Positions 1 to 10,800 of a DNA stretch of 30,812 nt are shown piece by piece. The DNA is from Acanthaster planci (lineage: Eukaryota), in the NCBI RefSeq assembly GCF_001949145.1, contig NW_019091366.1, forward strand, positions 2,996,815 through 3,027,626. Reading direction: 5' to 3'. The position numbers were made by a program, and so were the translations under genes. Under the pieces are notes generated by a model. That model did no database searches, was not told where the DNA came from, and was given only the letters and a program-made list of their open reading frames with translations. How positions within the stretch are numbered: position 1 is the first letter of the stretch; each line of letters opens with the position of its first letter.

Positions 1-87
1 TGCTAAGATGAGATGTGAGTCCAAGAATACCTAAGTACTACAGACTAATAGTTGTATTGTGAGCCATTTGAACTTATAATTAATTAC

Positions 88-189
88 CTGGGATTGAATT
101 ATCCTCAAACTCACTGATAGCTTGCAGTACAATAGCCTGATCTTCAGACAGCACAAACTGCTCTTGAATTCCACTCTTGATGCTTTCCC
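88..189 (-). CDS. MVP: MVP exon ([34 protein letters not shown])
   Basis: Matches MVP [32 protein letters not shown]. The donor CCAG|gtaatt is followed by intron to the window edge. Confidence 0.75.
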
Positions 190-3100
190 CTTGGATGAAA
201 TAATGACAGAATTATGTAACAATGACAAAGAAACACAAAACCATGTCAAATGGGTGTTAAAGACGGATGGGAAAAGTTAAAAACCAATCTCATTTCTTGG
301 AAAAGCTAAATACAATCCAATGAGTCAGTTTGGAAAGGTTATAACTTAGATCACCATGTTTACAAAACTAAAAATACTATATACAGCAGCAGATTTGATA
401 CTGTTTCACAACAGAAGAAGTGTGTCTTAACACGTAACATCACAGGGTGAAGTAGAAAGAGGCTAACCTGGATGAAGGAAGAAACTAGTATGACCTTTAC
501 GGAGTTCTTCACATCCAAGCTGAGAATGCCCATCTTCATCCACCGGATTACAAACGATGCAATACTGACCCTTCTCGAGGACTGTCTTTTTAACAGATTT
601 CACTGCTTGCTACAAGGATATAAAGTAAACTCTCTTTAAGGTAACAGAAAACCTGAACGTTTCTTTCTTTACAGACAGCATAAAGAATGGACACCACAAA
701 TATGACAATGCAAAGACACTTCTAAACAAAAGCTCAACAACGTGTTTCACAAATTAATCCTAATGGAAATGTACTCAGGGCAACTGTTTGGCTCAGCAAT
801 GACCAAACTAAATCTAATTAAAAATGCCTAGTCTTTACAGATTTTCATAAATGACAAGTTTTCTGTCACTAGACCAATAATTTTGGGTAACTAAAAAACT
901 GTCGAATCAACAAAACAATACTTACATTTTTATCTAATGTCTGGAACATGTTACCAAAATAAATTTAAGATTTCATCCGAGTAATTAAAGAAGCTCTTTT
1001 GACTCTCTGGACAATAACAAAATCATTTTACAGACTGGTTGCCTGTTACCTCGCCTATAGAGCTGCTTAAGCACAAAATTTGCTTAAGTGCAAAAAAACC
1101 TTACTTGATAAATCAGGTAACTAGCCGAAATTCCATGTGATGTATATTGTTTTGGGATTGTGTTTAGCTGTTTTTTTGGTTGGTGACCTCTGTTTATCAA
1201 GCAAAGTTTTTTCACGCTTAAGCAAATTTTGTGCTCAAGCAGCTCTATGAAATTGGCCCCAGTTACCTCGCCTATCCAGTTACCTCGCCTATTTCAGGGA
1301 TGTACATTTCAGTATCATCAGCTGTCACCATCCACTCCTCTCCAGCCTGGCGCTGCCTCCCTAAGGCATCTTGACAATTGTGCTCAGCAATAAGATGTAG
1401 AGCAACATCTTGCTTGAGGATGTAAGCAGATACCAGCTCAACCACCTAAAAGGATTGAATGGAAGCAACCAAGAATTCTGGAAACAAGTCCCTGAGGCTA
1501 CCTTCGACAAGGTGCACTACTCCTGAGGCTACCCACGACAAGGTGCACAGCTGTGACATAACGTTTGGGTGATATTCGCTTGCATAAACTAATAAGGCAA
1601 TATTTAAGAAAAGGTATATTCTGGTTCCATCACTTAAATGTCAGATTAGATTTGCCCTTTGGCAAAGTACAATTTTTAATATCCTCTCCTATGTAAACAG
1701 ATCTTTTTTTCACGTACTCAATGCTCACCTCTTCATAAACTCCAGGGAGATAAGCTCCTGCTTTCCTGACCAACCATTCCTCACCACTCACACGAGTGCT
1801 GAGTACAGAAAAGACAAGTCAAACTCATGGTTTGAAATATTCATCAACCAGACAGTGCTGATTTCTCCACTATCAATACATACTCTGTGAGGTTGCATCT
1901 GGAAGTAATTTCTTCATACAATTCAGGTATTTCCTCAGATCAGATTTGCTGGGTTCTACTTGTTGGGAAATACATATGTTGCAAGAGTAAATCTGATGTA
2001 CAGGTGTGTATACATTATTTCAATACTACAAGTACAATGAGTAATGATACAATCAACAGTAACATACTCGTAATATGCAAATATTGGGTAAACACCACTC
2101 ATATACCAGGAAGTTAAATTTTATGCCACATCCAAATGTTGGGACAAATCCAATAGTTATTCCTTACATTCCTTTATCAGTAAATCCTTGGGTTGCTCTG
2201 AGATGAAGTGCTTGACCTTGACCAATGACTGCTGCATTAACCCAACCAACAATCTCCTAAAAAGACGACAAAATGTAGAAAACAACCTGCACATCAATTA
2301 AACGAGGGGAGGTATTATTTCACACAAGTTGTCCTATCAAGTTGCCATTAAATTGTTAACAGAAATTATATATGTGTCAATGCAACAATGTTAACCATGG
2401 GCAATGTCTAAAAACTTTTCTTCATACAACAACTGATCCTTACAGCTTCAGCGGTGGGTTTATAGGTCAAAGGTCCTTCCAGTTGCCACAGATCACCTGC
2501 TTGTCTCTGTACCCCATCAACCTCATGATCAAGGACAGCTTTTAGCTGGATGGCTTGATTGACTTTCACAACAGGCAAAGGATGCATGGCCTTGCGATAG
2601 CCTAAAATAAAGCATATATTAAGTCTCATACTCTCCCAAAGATGAAAACGTGAGTGAGCTGTTGACAGTTGAAGGCGCTTTTATTGTATTTATCAGTGTT
2701 TAGAAATAGTGGCATGCATGTTAGTACAATGTCATATGAGAGCTTGCTTCCACATTGGTTCCTAAACTAAAGCATTTGTAGTGAAGAGAGCAATGAACAC
2801 AGAGGAACTACTGTAGTCTATTTTTTCTATGATTGTTGGGTCACACATGGACCTTCAAAACTCATTATGTGTGACTCTCAGTATTACATGTAGTTACATC
2901 TGTAATTAAACCAAGTTCATCCCAATCAAATGTGACAATGACCATGTATTTAGGCATACCTTCAAATCAAGACAAAACCGAATGTGATCAGTGGAGAAAA
3001 CTGTTTAATTGACAGGTAAAGTTACATTTTTGGGTGGAGAGGAATTCAGAGTTGTTGGGCACTGATGTTCACTCATTCATTCATTATCAGCCTTATGGTG

Positions 3101-4116
3101 CTAGTTTCTAAGAACTCCAAATTTAAGATGAGCACTACATGTGTTATACTTCAAAGCTGCAAACTTGGGAACAACCAATGGTGTTATTACATTACCTCGT
3201 GATGAAAAGTCTTGCAAATTTTCAGCACTTTCTAATTTTTCTCCAGGATACAGTGGAAATGGTTCCTGAAATGAATAAAAAAAAAAGGGTCAAATATCAT
3301 TACAACTTTTTTGGATATTGCTACATTTTTTGGAGTTTCAAGTTTTTCAAACTTAGATTTATGCTTAACCTTTGCTTTGGAAAGCTCAGTCAATTTGTCA
3401 TAGTAGAGTCAATTATACATGTACTTGTATTAAACAAGGCTTCGAGCAGATGCTTTTCAATAAATCAGTTTACTCTACCTGATAAAAACGAATTTCGACC
3501 TGTCCATGTTTCAACTCACACTGCACCCCCTCCTCATAATGACTGAAATTATAAATAAAGCAGATAGAGGTTGTTACTAGGCATACAATTTCCATCTGCT
3601 TGGGTACACTTCTCTGAAGCGGCATACATGTATGTTTGCTAATTCTGTTGTAAATAGGTCTTGTGTTCAGTACAACAGTTCTCTTGCTGGTCTTTGTTTG
3701 TCAGCCTCATAGGGTCAACTGATCTTCTACACGAAAGGTGTCTCTTTGCAAAATGGGAATAAGAGACATTAATTTGCATTACTTCAATTATTTATAACTT
3801 TTTTGATCTGAATAAAAACATACTTTAGATAGGAACCTGAAGGTAAAGATACAAAATATTTTTCTACATCTGGGGAAAGTTGAGAATATGACAGCCAATT
3901 TAACAACAATGTTTTGCACAGTTCACAAGAGATATATGTTTCTTTTTGATTAATAATACTGTGAAAAGAAAAAAATTTTTAAATCATTTACCTCATGGGA
4001 TCTTTGACTCTACAGTAATGACCTGGTGGAACAATAACACATGGAATAGGTCCAGCCACTAACTTCTCATTATTCAGAAGCATAAGTCTCTGGGGACCCA
4101 CTTCAAGACGAGTTAT
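88..4116 (-). CDS. MVP: Major vault protein (MVP), N-terminal portion. The locus spans several exons and continues beyond position 1. The first coding exon (Met...IPPYHY) was not located.
   Basis: Spliced exons align to vertebrate MVP repeat domains. [43 protein letters not shown] matches [54 protein letters not shown] matches [55 protein letters not shown] matches [54 protein letters not shown] matches [40 protein letters not shown] matches [22 protein letters not shown]. All junctions have GT/AG and consistent phases. Confidence 0.9.
468..585 (-). CDS. MVP: MVP exon ([39 protein letters not shown])
   Basis: Matches MVP [38 protein letters not shown]. Acceptor ttaaaaag and donor CCAG followed by gttagc. 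Confidence 0.8.
1059..1247. mobile_element. MITE-like nonautonomous element (~190 bp) with ~30-bp terminal inverted repeats, in an MVP intron
   Basis: The left end agagctgcttaagcacaaaatttgcttaag (1059-1088) is the reverse complement of cttaagcaaattttgtgctcaagcagctct (1218-1247), with one mismatch. The AT-rich, non-coding core between them is flanked by copies of (a)gttacctcgcctat. Confidence 0.6.
1263..1294. repeat. Tandem duplication of the exon-end/splice-donor unit agttacctcgcctat (copies at 1263-1277 and 1280-1294; a third copy at 1044-1058)
   Basis: Direct sequence identity. The 1280-1294 copy holds the functional ATAGGCGAG|gtaact donor of the 1287-1455 exon. Confidence 0.7.
1287..1455 (-). 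CDS. MVP: MVP exon ([54 protein letters not shown])
   Basis: Acceptor atccttttag and donor GAG followed by gtaact. The donor lies inside a 15-nt unit (agttacctcgcctat) that occurs three times. Confidence 0.8.
1729..1798 (-). CDS. MVP: MVP exon ([23 protein letters not shown])
   Basis: Acceptor tgtactcag and donor GAG followed by gtgagc. Confidence 0.8.
2170..2255 (-). CDS. MVP: MVP exon ([29 protein letters not shown])
   Basis: Acceptor ctttttag. Matches MVP [30 protein letters not shown]. The donor GGAAT|gtaagg bypasses the in-frame TAA. Confidence 0.8.
2444..2601 (-). CDS. MVP: MVP exon ([53 protein letters not shown])
   Basis: Acceptor ttattttag and donor GCT followed by gtaagg. Matches the MVP repeat-3 region. 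Confidence 0.85.
3196..3265 (-). CDS. MVP: MVP exon ([23 protein letters not shown])
   Basis: PFPLYPGE is conserved in MVP. Acceptor ttcatttcag and donor CGAG followed by gtaatg. Confidence 0.85.
3479..3542 (-). CDS. MVP: MVP exon ([22 protein letters not shown])
   Basis: Acceptor tataatttcag and donor CAG followed by gtagag. Phase links the 3992-4116 exon to the EPFPLYPGE exon. Confidence 0.75.
3992..4116 (-). CDS. MVP: MVP exon ([12 protein letters not shown]...HYCRVKDPM)
   Basis: Acceptor ttatttccag precedes GAAACC. Donor ATGAG is followed by gtaaat. Ends in phase 2. Confidence 0.85.
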
Positions 4117-5744
4117 GTTGGTTTCCTGGAAATAATGAGCAAAATAATATATGAAAGTCCAAGTTAAGCACCTATCAGGTGTTGAAAAAACATACGTCAT
4201 CACAACTTCATACATGAGGTCCAGATGGTAAGGATGTACTCAAAATGTACTAAGTCAGTTGAAATGGGCTAAATATTGTTGTATTTGTTTTAAATTGAAT
4301 CCTCTATATGGTTACAGGATTTTTCATCCCCATGCATCCCTTCCCCAGAGATCTGTCGCTCTGCATGTAGAGTTTGGTGTTGGGAAATTAAAAACCATGC
4401 GGTATTTCTCGATTCAGAACATGTTCCCTTGCTAGCCATCATGAATGTTTTTAAAAAGGAGCGCCTTTTATTTCTGGGGGGTTTTGGTGAGGAAAAGAGG
4501 GCTCAGTAATCCTTACTTTTGGGGACACCTTCTGTTCCCCTCAGTTTATAAACTTCTCACAAGGTGTGTATCAGTAGACTAATACCTTTGCAGCTTGGAA
4601 AATCTTATTGCACAACTGTGAAGTAAGTTTGGAGGGGACATTCCGAGAAAATGTGACACTCTCTGTCAATTTTGGCAGTGAAGACATGTATGTTATCAGT
4701 GTAGGGGCAGAACCAGGAATTTTTCAGGGAGATCAGGCCCATCAGATTTCTTTATGACTTACTGCTACAGGCAGACAGACACAAGTTATGAATATTACTG
4801 ATAATTCTTACAGGACGTATTTTTTATTAGTAATACAACTGTTCCATCATTTTAAAATGTTTTTCTAGCGTCAAAGTGACGTAGGGGTGGGGAGATGGGG
4901 TGATCAACCCCCTTGGATCTAACATTACACCTGTTGTAATGCCCTGAGTTAAACTAAGGGAAAGAGTTCCATGGCCTACATGGATATGCACACTTTACAC
5001 AAACCCAAAAGTTTACGACTGGTCTGAAAAATACAAAGTATTTTCTAAGTATTTAGGGGTCTAAATGCTGTTTCCCTGGTAAATTGGGGTTGGTATACAT
5101 CTATTTTGGGACCCCTCCATTTTTTTTCATTTCACAAAAGAGGTTGACCTGCACAAATGTGCAACTTCGGGTGAATATACTCGAACTCATAAATCAGCCT
5201 ATATTTTACCAGTCAAAGTGCATGTTTTGCATAACTGTGGTCATTTTTACTCCATAATTTTCCTCAAAAATCAAATCCCTACCCCTTTCCCACACAATTG
5301 GTCCTCCAGTTCAACATGATCTATTTTTTGTCCAAAAGTTGGGGAGTGTATACTTGGGTATCCCCCTATTTTTTTGACACTTTAATCTTGGAAAACTGGT
5401 AAGTCCCCCAAAAAACAAAGGTACCTCTCTCTTTATTACGCTGACCCTATTTCTTGGAAACTTCAAATTGTAAATTGTGAGAAAATACATGTAAGGCCTT
5501 CTGATAAACCAACCATGCAAATTTGAATCCACCATGTGGCACGTGTTAAACACTCAGTTTCCCCTCAAAACTCTAAACAAAACTCTGCCCTTTTTTGACA
5601 TTAACCCTGAACAGTTATTGAGCATGATGTCAGTGTCACAGCTAAAATGTAGCTCTCCCTTCTAAATATAAGAACAGGGTCTCCAAATTTACAATCCCCC
5701 AAAAGTTTAGAAGTAACTTTAGAAGGAGGTCCCCAAATACATAG

Positions 5745-6600
5745 TTAATACATCATGTCTACGCTGACTGGGAAGTCCGAAGTCCCGCACCCTCCTCCAA
5801 ATAGCGGAACTAAGCAGGAATGTGCAGGCCTGTAAGTTGTAAGGCTTGAGTACGTGTTATGCTGGTTACTCACCACGTCTAAAATGTGCACAAAATCCAC
5901 AGGTCCAATGTTTACAACTCCTGCCATTTCTATTGCTCTATCTGCAGAATGCACTCAGCGTCGCCGCGAAGATAAGGAAAGAAGAGTTTGTTCTAAAATC
6001 TTTCCGAGCCGAGTTTCGGGAGGAACGTTACAAGGGAGTTCACCATGGCAGTGACGTACATGTAAATGTGGTAAATGACTAGACTTACTTAGCTAGCTCC
6101 TAACTTCGACCCTTGACCGATGAAACCACTAGTGAACTTGGTTGGGCATATGACATTAATGGTCAAGGAGATTTTATTATTCTGACTAACTAATCAGTAA
6201 TCACAGTCTTAGGTGAAAAGAACGTTCTAGCAATTATGTGATAAATTCAGCACCTTTTTCACGGGCAGCATGACATTTGACATGGCGTCCCTATCAAGCT
6301 TCCCTCTCTGTGTAATGGTTTGATCCCGACCCTCGATGACACATACCGCGGGTACGGCGTGTGTGTGCAGTGTACTTGCCAAAGGGGTGCAGTGCAGGGT
6401 AGTGTCCCAATTCGAGGAAAATTCTCCTCCAGGCGTAGGCGCACATTAAGTACCCCCCCCAGATTCTTTCGAAAGAAGGGTTTGTTTGAGCCAAGAAATG
6501 GTGGGATTGTGTCAGTCTGGCTCGGGATCATCTCTGTAAATTCAGGGGCACTCATCTGGGAGAAAAGCAGACAAAAATGTGATTGAAAATTTGTCAGAAG
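5745..6600. promoter_or_regulatory. GC- and CpG-enriched island that stands out from the AT-rich surroundings. Possible promoter/5'UTR region, plausibly for MVP whose 5' end is not resolved.
   Basis: Local CG dinucleotide density (cgccgcgaag, ccgagccgagtttcggg, ccgcgggtacggcg) contrasts with the rest of the window. Overlapping ORFs on both strands show no recognisable protein similarity. A strong donor ACGTG|gtgagt is present on the minus strand near 5872. Confidence 0.3.
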
Positions 6601-6889
6601 AGCCCCCGAAAAGGTGAGGGATGTCATTTGAAAAATGGCCGCTGAGAAGACTTGGGAACATTTACTTTTTGGAGGGTGACTTTGTTTTGGGTGGATAATT
6701 AAAAAAATCATTGGTTAACCAACTAGAAATTGAAAATAGCATGAAATCTGAAGGACCAAACAACATGTTTTTTGTTTGAGAGGCCTCAGTTGCCTGCCAT
6801 GGGGCTCCAAACTTGGTTGATTTTACACTATTTTCAATGGAGCTTGAATTGGTTCCGTGCACCCATAGTGTCCTTCCTCCACGGTGGTA

Positions 6890-6990
6890 CATACATGTAC
6901 TTGCACCGCATGAATGATTAGCTCACGTACATGTATGTACATGGACATGTACATACTTATGTACGTGTACATATGCGTAGATGTAAGTTC
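6890..6990. repeat. Degenerate (TGTACATR)n palindromic microsatellite-like tract
   Basis: The pattern acatacatgtacttgc...gtacatgtatgtacatggacatgtacatacttatgtacgtgtacatatg is directly visible. Confidence 0.5.
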
Positions 6991-7817
6991 CTACGGAATG
7001 TAATGGGGTGGATAGGAGAGAATATTTTCCAAAATTCAGAAACTTATACAGGTACATTTATATCAATATTTTATTGCAACAAATGGTGTGAGGTACACCA
7101 AACACACAGGTGTAACACTTCAATAAATCTAATTATCCAATCGGGTTGGAAAAAATGCCATTCTCAACTTTTGATCTCGTAAAAGTACTTTAAATGTATC
7201 TTAAATAAATAAAAGCCACCTCACTGTATAAAAGTTATACAACATATTTTTTATCCTTTGTGCTTACAGTATGCAGTGGATGATAACTAAATTCACTGTC
7301 AAAGACATAAGAGAGTTGTTCTCACGATACATTTTTCAAAGGAATAAGAGGACCTTAAATATTCTGCTGCAAATCTAAGATAAACACCAGGTGCTTTAAT
7401 ACTGATTACATGTAGTAGGAGTAGAGTGATGCAAGTGGCTTTGTTAGGAGAGTAGCCAATCAATAACTTTGGGAAAAATTCTCTAAGTAGTCCAATACCA
7501 AAATGAACAATGATAGAAAAAGCAAAAATTCATTTCAATTTAAAAGTCATAAAGATAATTCCAAACAATGAAAACGCTGTTCTCTGAATGACTCTTTATG
7601 GGGTGCTACAAAATTTCATATTAAAGAGTAGGGTGCAAGTTCAATTATGTATGATTTTAGTAACAGGTTCAAAACTGTGAATATTTCATACAAAAAATCT
7701 TCCACAGCAACCTTCAGAAAATTAATCATAAGTACAACTCTTTGAGATATCAAACGATTAAGAGCCAAGTAAGATAGTCATGGGTATTATCAACTGTTAT
7801 TGACAAAACTGATTTTG

Positions 7818-7827
7818 TTATGTTATC
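7818..7827 (-). CDS. IDH3B: IDH3 terminal micro-exon (..RIT*), followed by 3'UTR toward lower coordinates
   Basis: Acceptor caactgcag. AG+G ATA ACA TAA reads in phase. Tentative, because the coding part is very short. Confidence 0.4.
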
Positions 7828-10800
7828 CTGCAGTTGATGAAACCATCTACTGATGCTTGTTTACCTGAGATTATTTACAACTGCACTTGTAAACTCACTG
7901 GTTGTGGCATATCCACCCATGTCTTGTGTGCGTACCTTCAGTCAAGAAAAGACACAAAAGAAAAATAAGCATCTGCATGCAAATAAAACATAAAAATATA
8001 CTGCTTTTATGAAAGCAAAGTACTTGATATTAAAAAAATCAAAATTGGGAAAAATTCTTAGGGGTATCAAGGCAAAGAAATGAATGATGAAGGTAACTGC
8101 TCTAGCTTCTTTGAAATTTAAGGATTGGTACTGAAATTCATATCACAGTCAGGTGAGTACGAATTTGAAATTTAGTGTAAATTGCCCCAGAAATGAAGAT
8201 AATTTATAGACGTCAGAAGGTATTTCCATTCGCAATTGTCACTGAGCAATCTAAGTCTTGACTGAACTCACCTTGCCTGCACTGACAACTGACTCCACTG
8301 CTCTTTGAATGAGCTTGGCATACGAATCCATGCTGTAATTCAATAAAAAAGGGAAAGAGTTACAAAAGATAGTTTGTGGTTTATTGTTAAAATGGGTACA
8401 GGTGTTTGATATCTACATCGTTTATGTGTCTTGACCATGATGCCTCTATGTAAGGGGTCAGTAATAAACTAGATCTTAACGTGTCTCCATCGCCTATAAA
8501 CCATACAATTACACAATGCAACATCTAAGATTCTTAAAAGAAAACACTCATATAATGTAGCCATCAATTTCCTGTTTTTATTTCTACAGTTGAAAGAAGA
8601 TTTTGAAGTGTTTGTTGAGCCAAACTGTTTTTTCACTTTTGGGCATCCTTTGAAGCCATACTGATAAATGACTGATGAAAGAGTAAAATTCTACGGGCCA
8701 ACAGGATGAACGAGTAGACTCTACCAAGAGCCTCAGAAGATTAAAATGTCATTAATGATTTGGACAATACACTTACTGAAGATGTTTGAGCATGTTGGCA
8801 GCACAGAGAAACATAGCTGTAGGATTAGCAATGTTACGCCCCACAGCTTGTGAGAAGGTATGTCTAGCACCCTGACCAATCAAATAAAGAATTCCCATCA
8901 TGACTTTAAACAACTTGCCCAATCGACATACACATCCAAAATTTGAATTAACACTGACATGAAACAAAAGAAACATTGTCATTATGATCAAAGGCATGAA
9001 AATATATGTTTAAAATAAATTGAACACCATGAGAGGCATCTGAGACAAATCTAAAGAGCAATACACTTTCAGTGAAAGTTTTTATCACACAAAACGTAAA
9101 TTCTAGCAAATGTCTTCTGCTTGGTAAACTTTTGACTTCATTCTATTTTGTTTACATTGATATAATTTCCCATCAACTTACAGGCTCAAATATTGCAAAT
9201 TCCGTGGAGTAACTTTCTCCAGGAACCACCCCTGCTCCACCAACCAGCCCAGCCGCTAAGTTATCAACAATGTTGCCATAGAGGTTAGGGGTGACCAGCA
9301 CATCAAACTGATGAGGATTGGAAGCCAACTGCATGCAACAATTGTCAACAATCATAGACTCGAACTGGATCTTAGGGTACAAAGTTGAGATCTGGCGACA
9401 GCTTTCAAGAAAGAGACCATCCCCAAGTTTCCTAGAAAAGAAAACAGAATTTAATTGATATTGCAGGAATAGAAGTGACAACAGGGTAACCTGTGCAATG
9501 GATATTTAAGCATAACAAATAACTGGCTCGATCATAACATTTGTGTTTCACAAATATTTGTACCCGAAGGATAATAAAGCACTGTATGGTATCATCAATC
9601 TTAAACATTAGCCAATTAATTTTCTGATTGATCCGAGTTGCCTAGACATCACGATTTTCAAGCAGCCTAAGAGGATGGGCTATCATTAAGTCTATGCCTC
9701 GTCGGCTGTCAAACCTGATGCAGCGAAGCAAAAATGATAAAATCTGTCATCCAAGCGTGAAGAGTACTCACATTATATTTGCCTTGTGTACTGCAGTAAC
9801 TTTCTGACGATCATTTCTTCTGGCGTAATCAAAAGCAAACTTTGCAATCCGCATTGAGTTGGCTCTTGTAATAATCTTCAGGCATTCTACAACACCAGGA
9901 ACACTCTGATAGAAAAAAGAATCCATACGCCAGTACAAATAAATAATATCCACTCTTTTCAAACTTACGAAAGTGATCTCCGAGTCTCAATACATAAGGC
10001 ATACAGTCACATGATCATTGCAAACATAGACAATGCAGGATTACCTCATGTTCCAATGCACTATACTCTCCTTCTGTCTGTTCACGTATTACAACAAAAT
10101 CCAGACCAGTGTGTCTTGTCTTAATGCCCGGCAGAGTACGACACCTAACAACATTGGCAAATAGGTCCAATTCTCGTCTGTCAGGGAAAAATATTTTAGT
10201 CAAGTCATAAGATGTGTTTAATACAGTTATTAACAGAAAAGTTCCAGAGACGGCAATCAGTTGGTGCTTAATTAGCAAACAAATACACACTTTATGTGAT
10301 CAAACATCCTGAGCTTGCTACGAGCTCTTAGAAGAAACAACACATCCACAATCTAAATTCCTACATTTTCTATGGTTAATAATGGTTTGTGAAGACTCTG
10401 TACATACATTAAGCCATGGAATTTGGCCCTCGTTTTACCTAGCAGTTCTAAGTGCAAGTTTCAAATAGGAAAGGTACATGTACTCCCTCTGAGTGTTCAT
10501 AATTGTACATGTTCATTGGTGTTGTGATGTTTGACTTCAAGAGTTACCAAACCTGATTTTCATGTTGAGTGTCTGAAGCTCACCACCTCCTCCCCAGGGT
10601 GTGTGAATGATTCCCTTGAGGGCAACCTGGTTCCGCTTAAAGGAATCAATGACATCACCTACAGTGGCACTCTTCCCTACTTGTACCTCACTGCAGAAAG
10701 AAAAAATACATAATGACATCAACCAGTTCTAAGCAATATTGAAAATAAAACCTGCAATGTATAAATCATGAGTAATTTCCATTTTCAGTGCTATAAGTTG

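Noticed and set aside
3139-3546. 135-aa plus-strand ORF
   Set aside because: It lies antisense across MVP exon 3479-3542 and two MVP introns. The sequence is low-complexity and Phe/Leu/Lys-rich, typical of an AT-rich intron read-through, and has no protein similarity.
6259-6711. 150-aa minus-strand ORF and overlapping 88-aa plus-strand ORF in the GC-rich island
   Set aside because: Long ORFs on both strands are expected by chance in GC-rich DNA. The product is Pro/Ser/Gly-rich with no recognisable domain. Kept only as a possible regulatory region.
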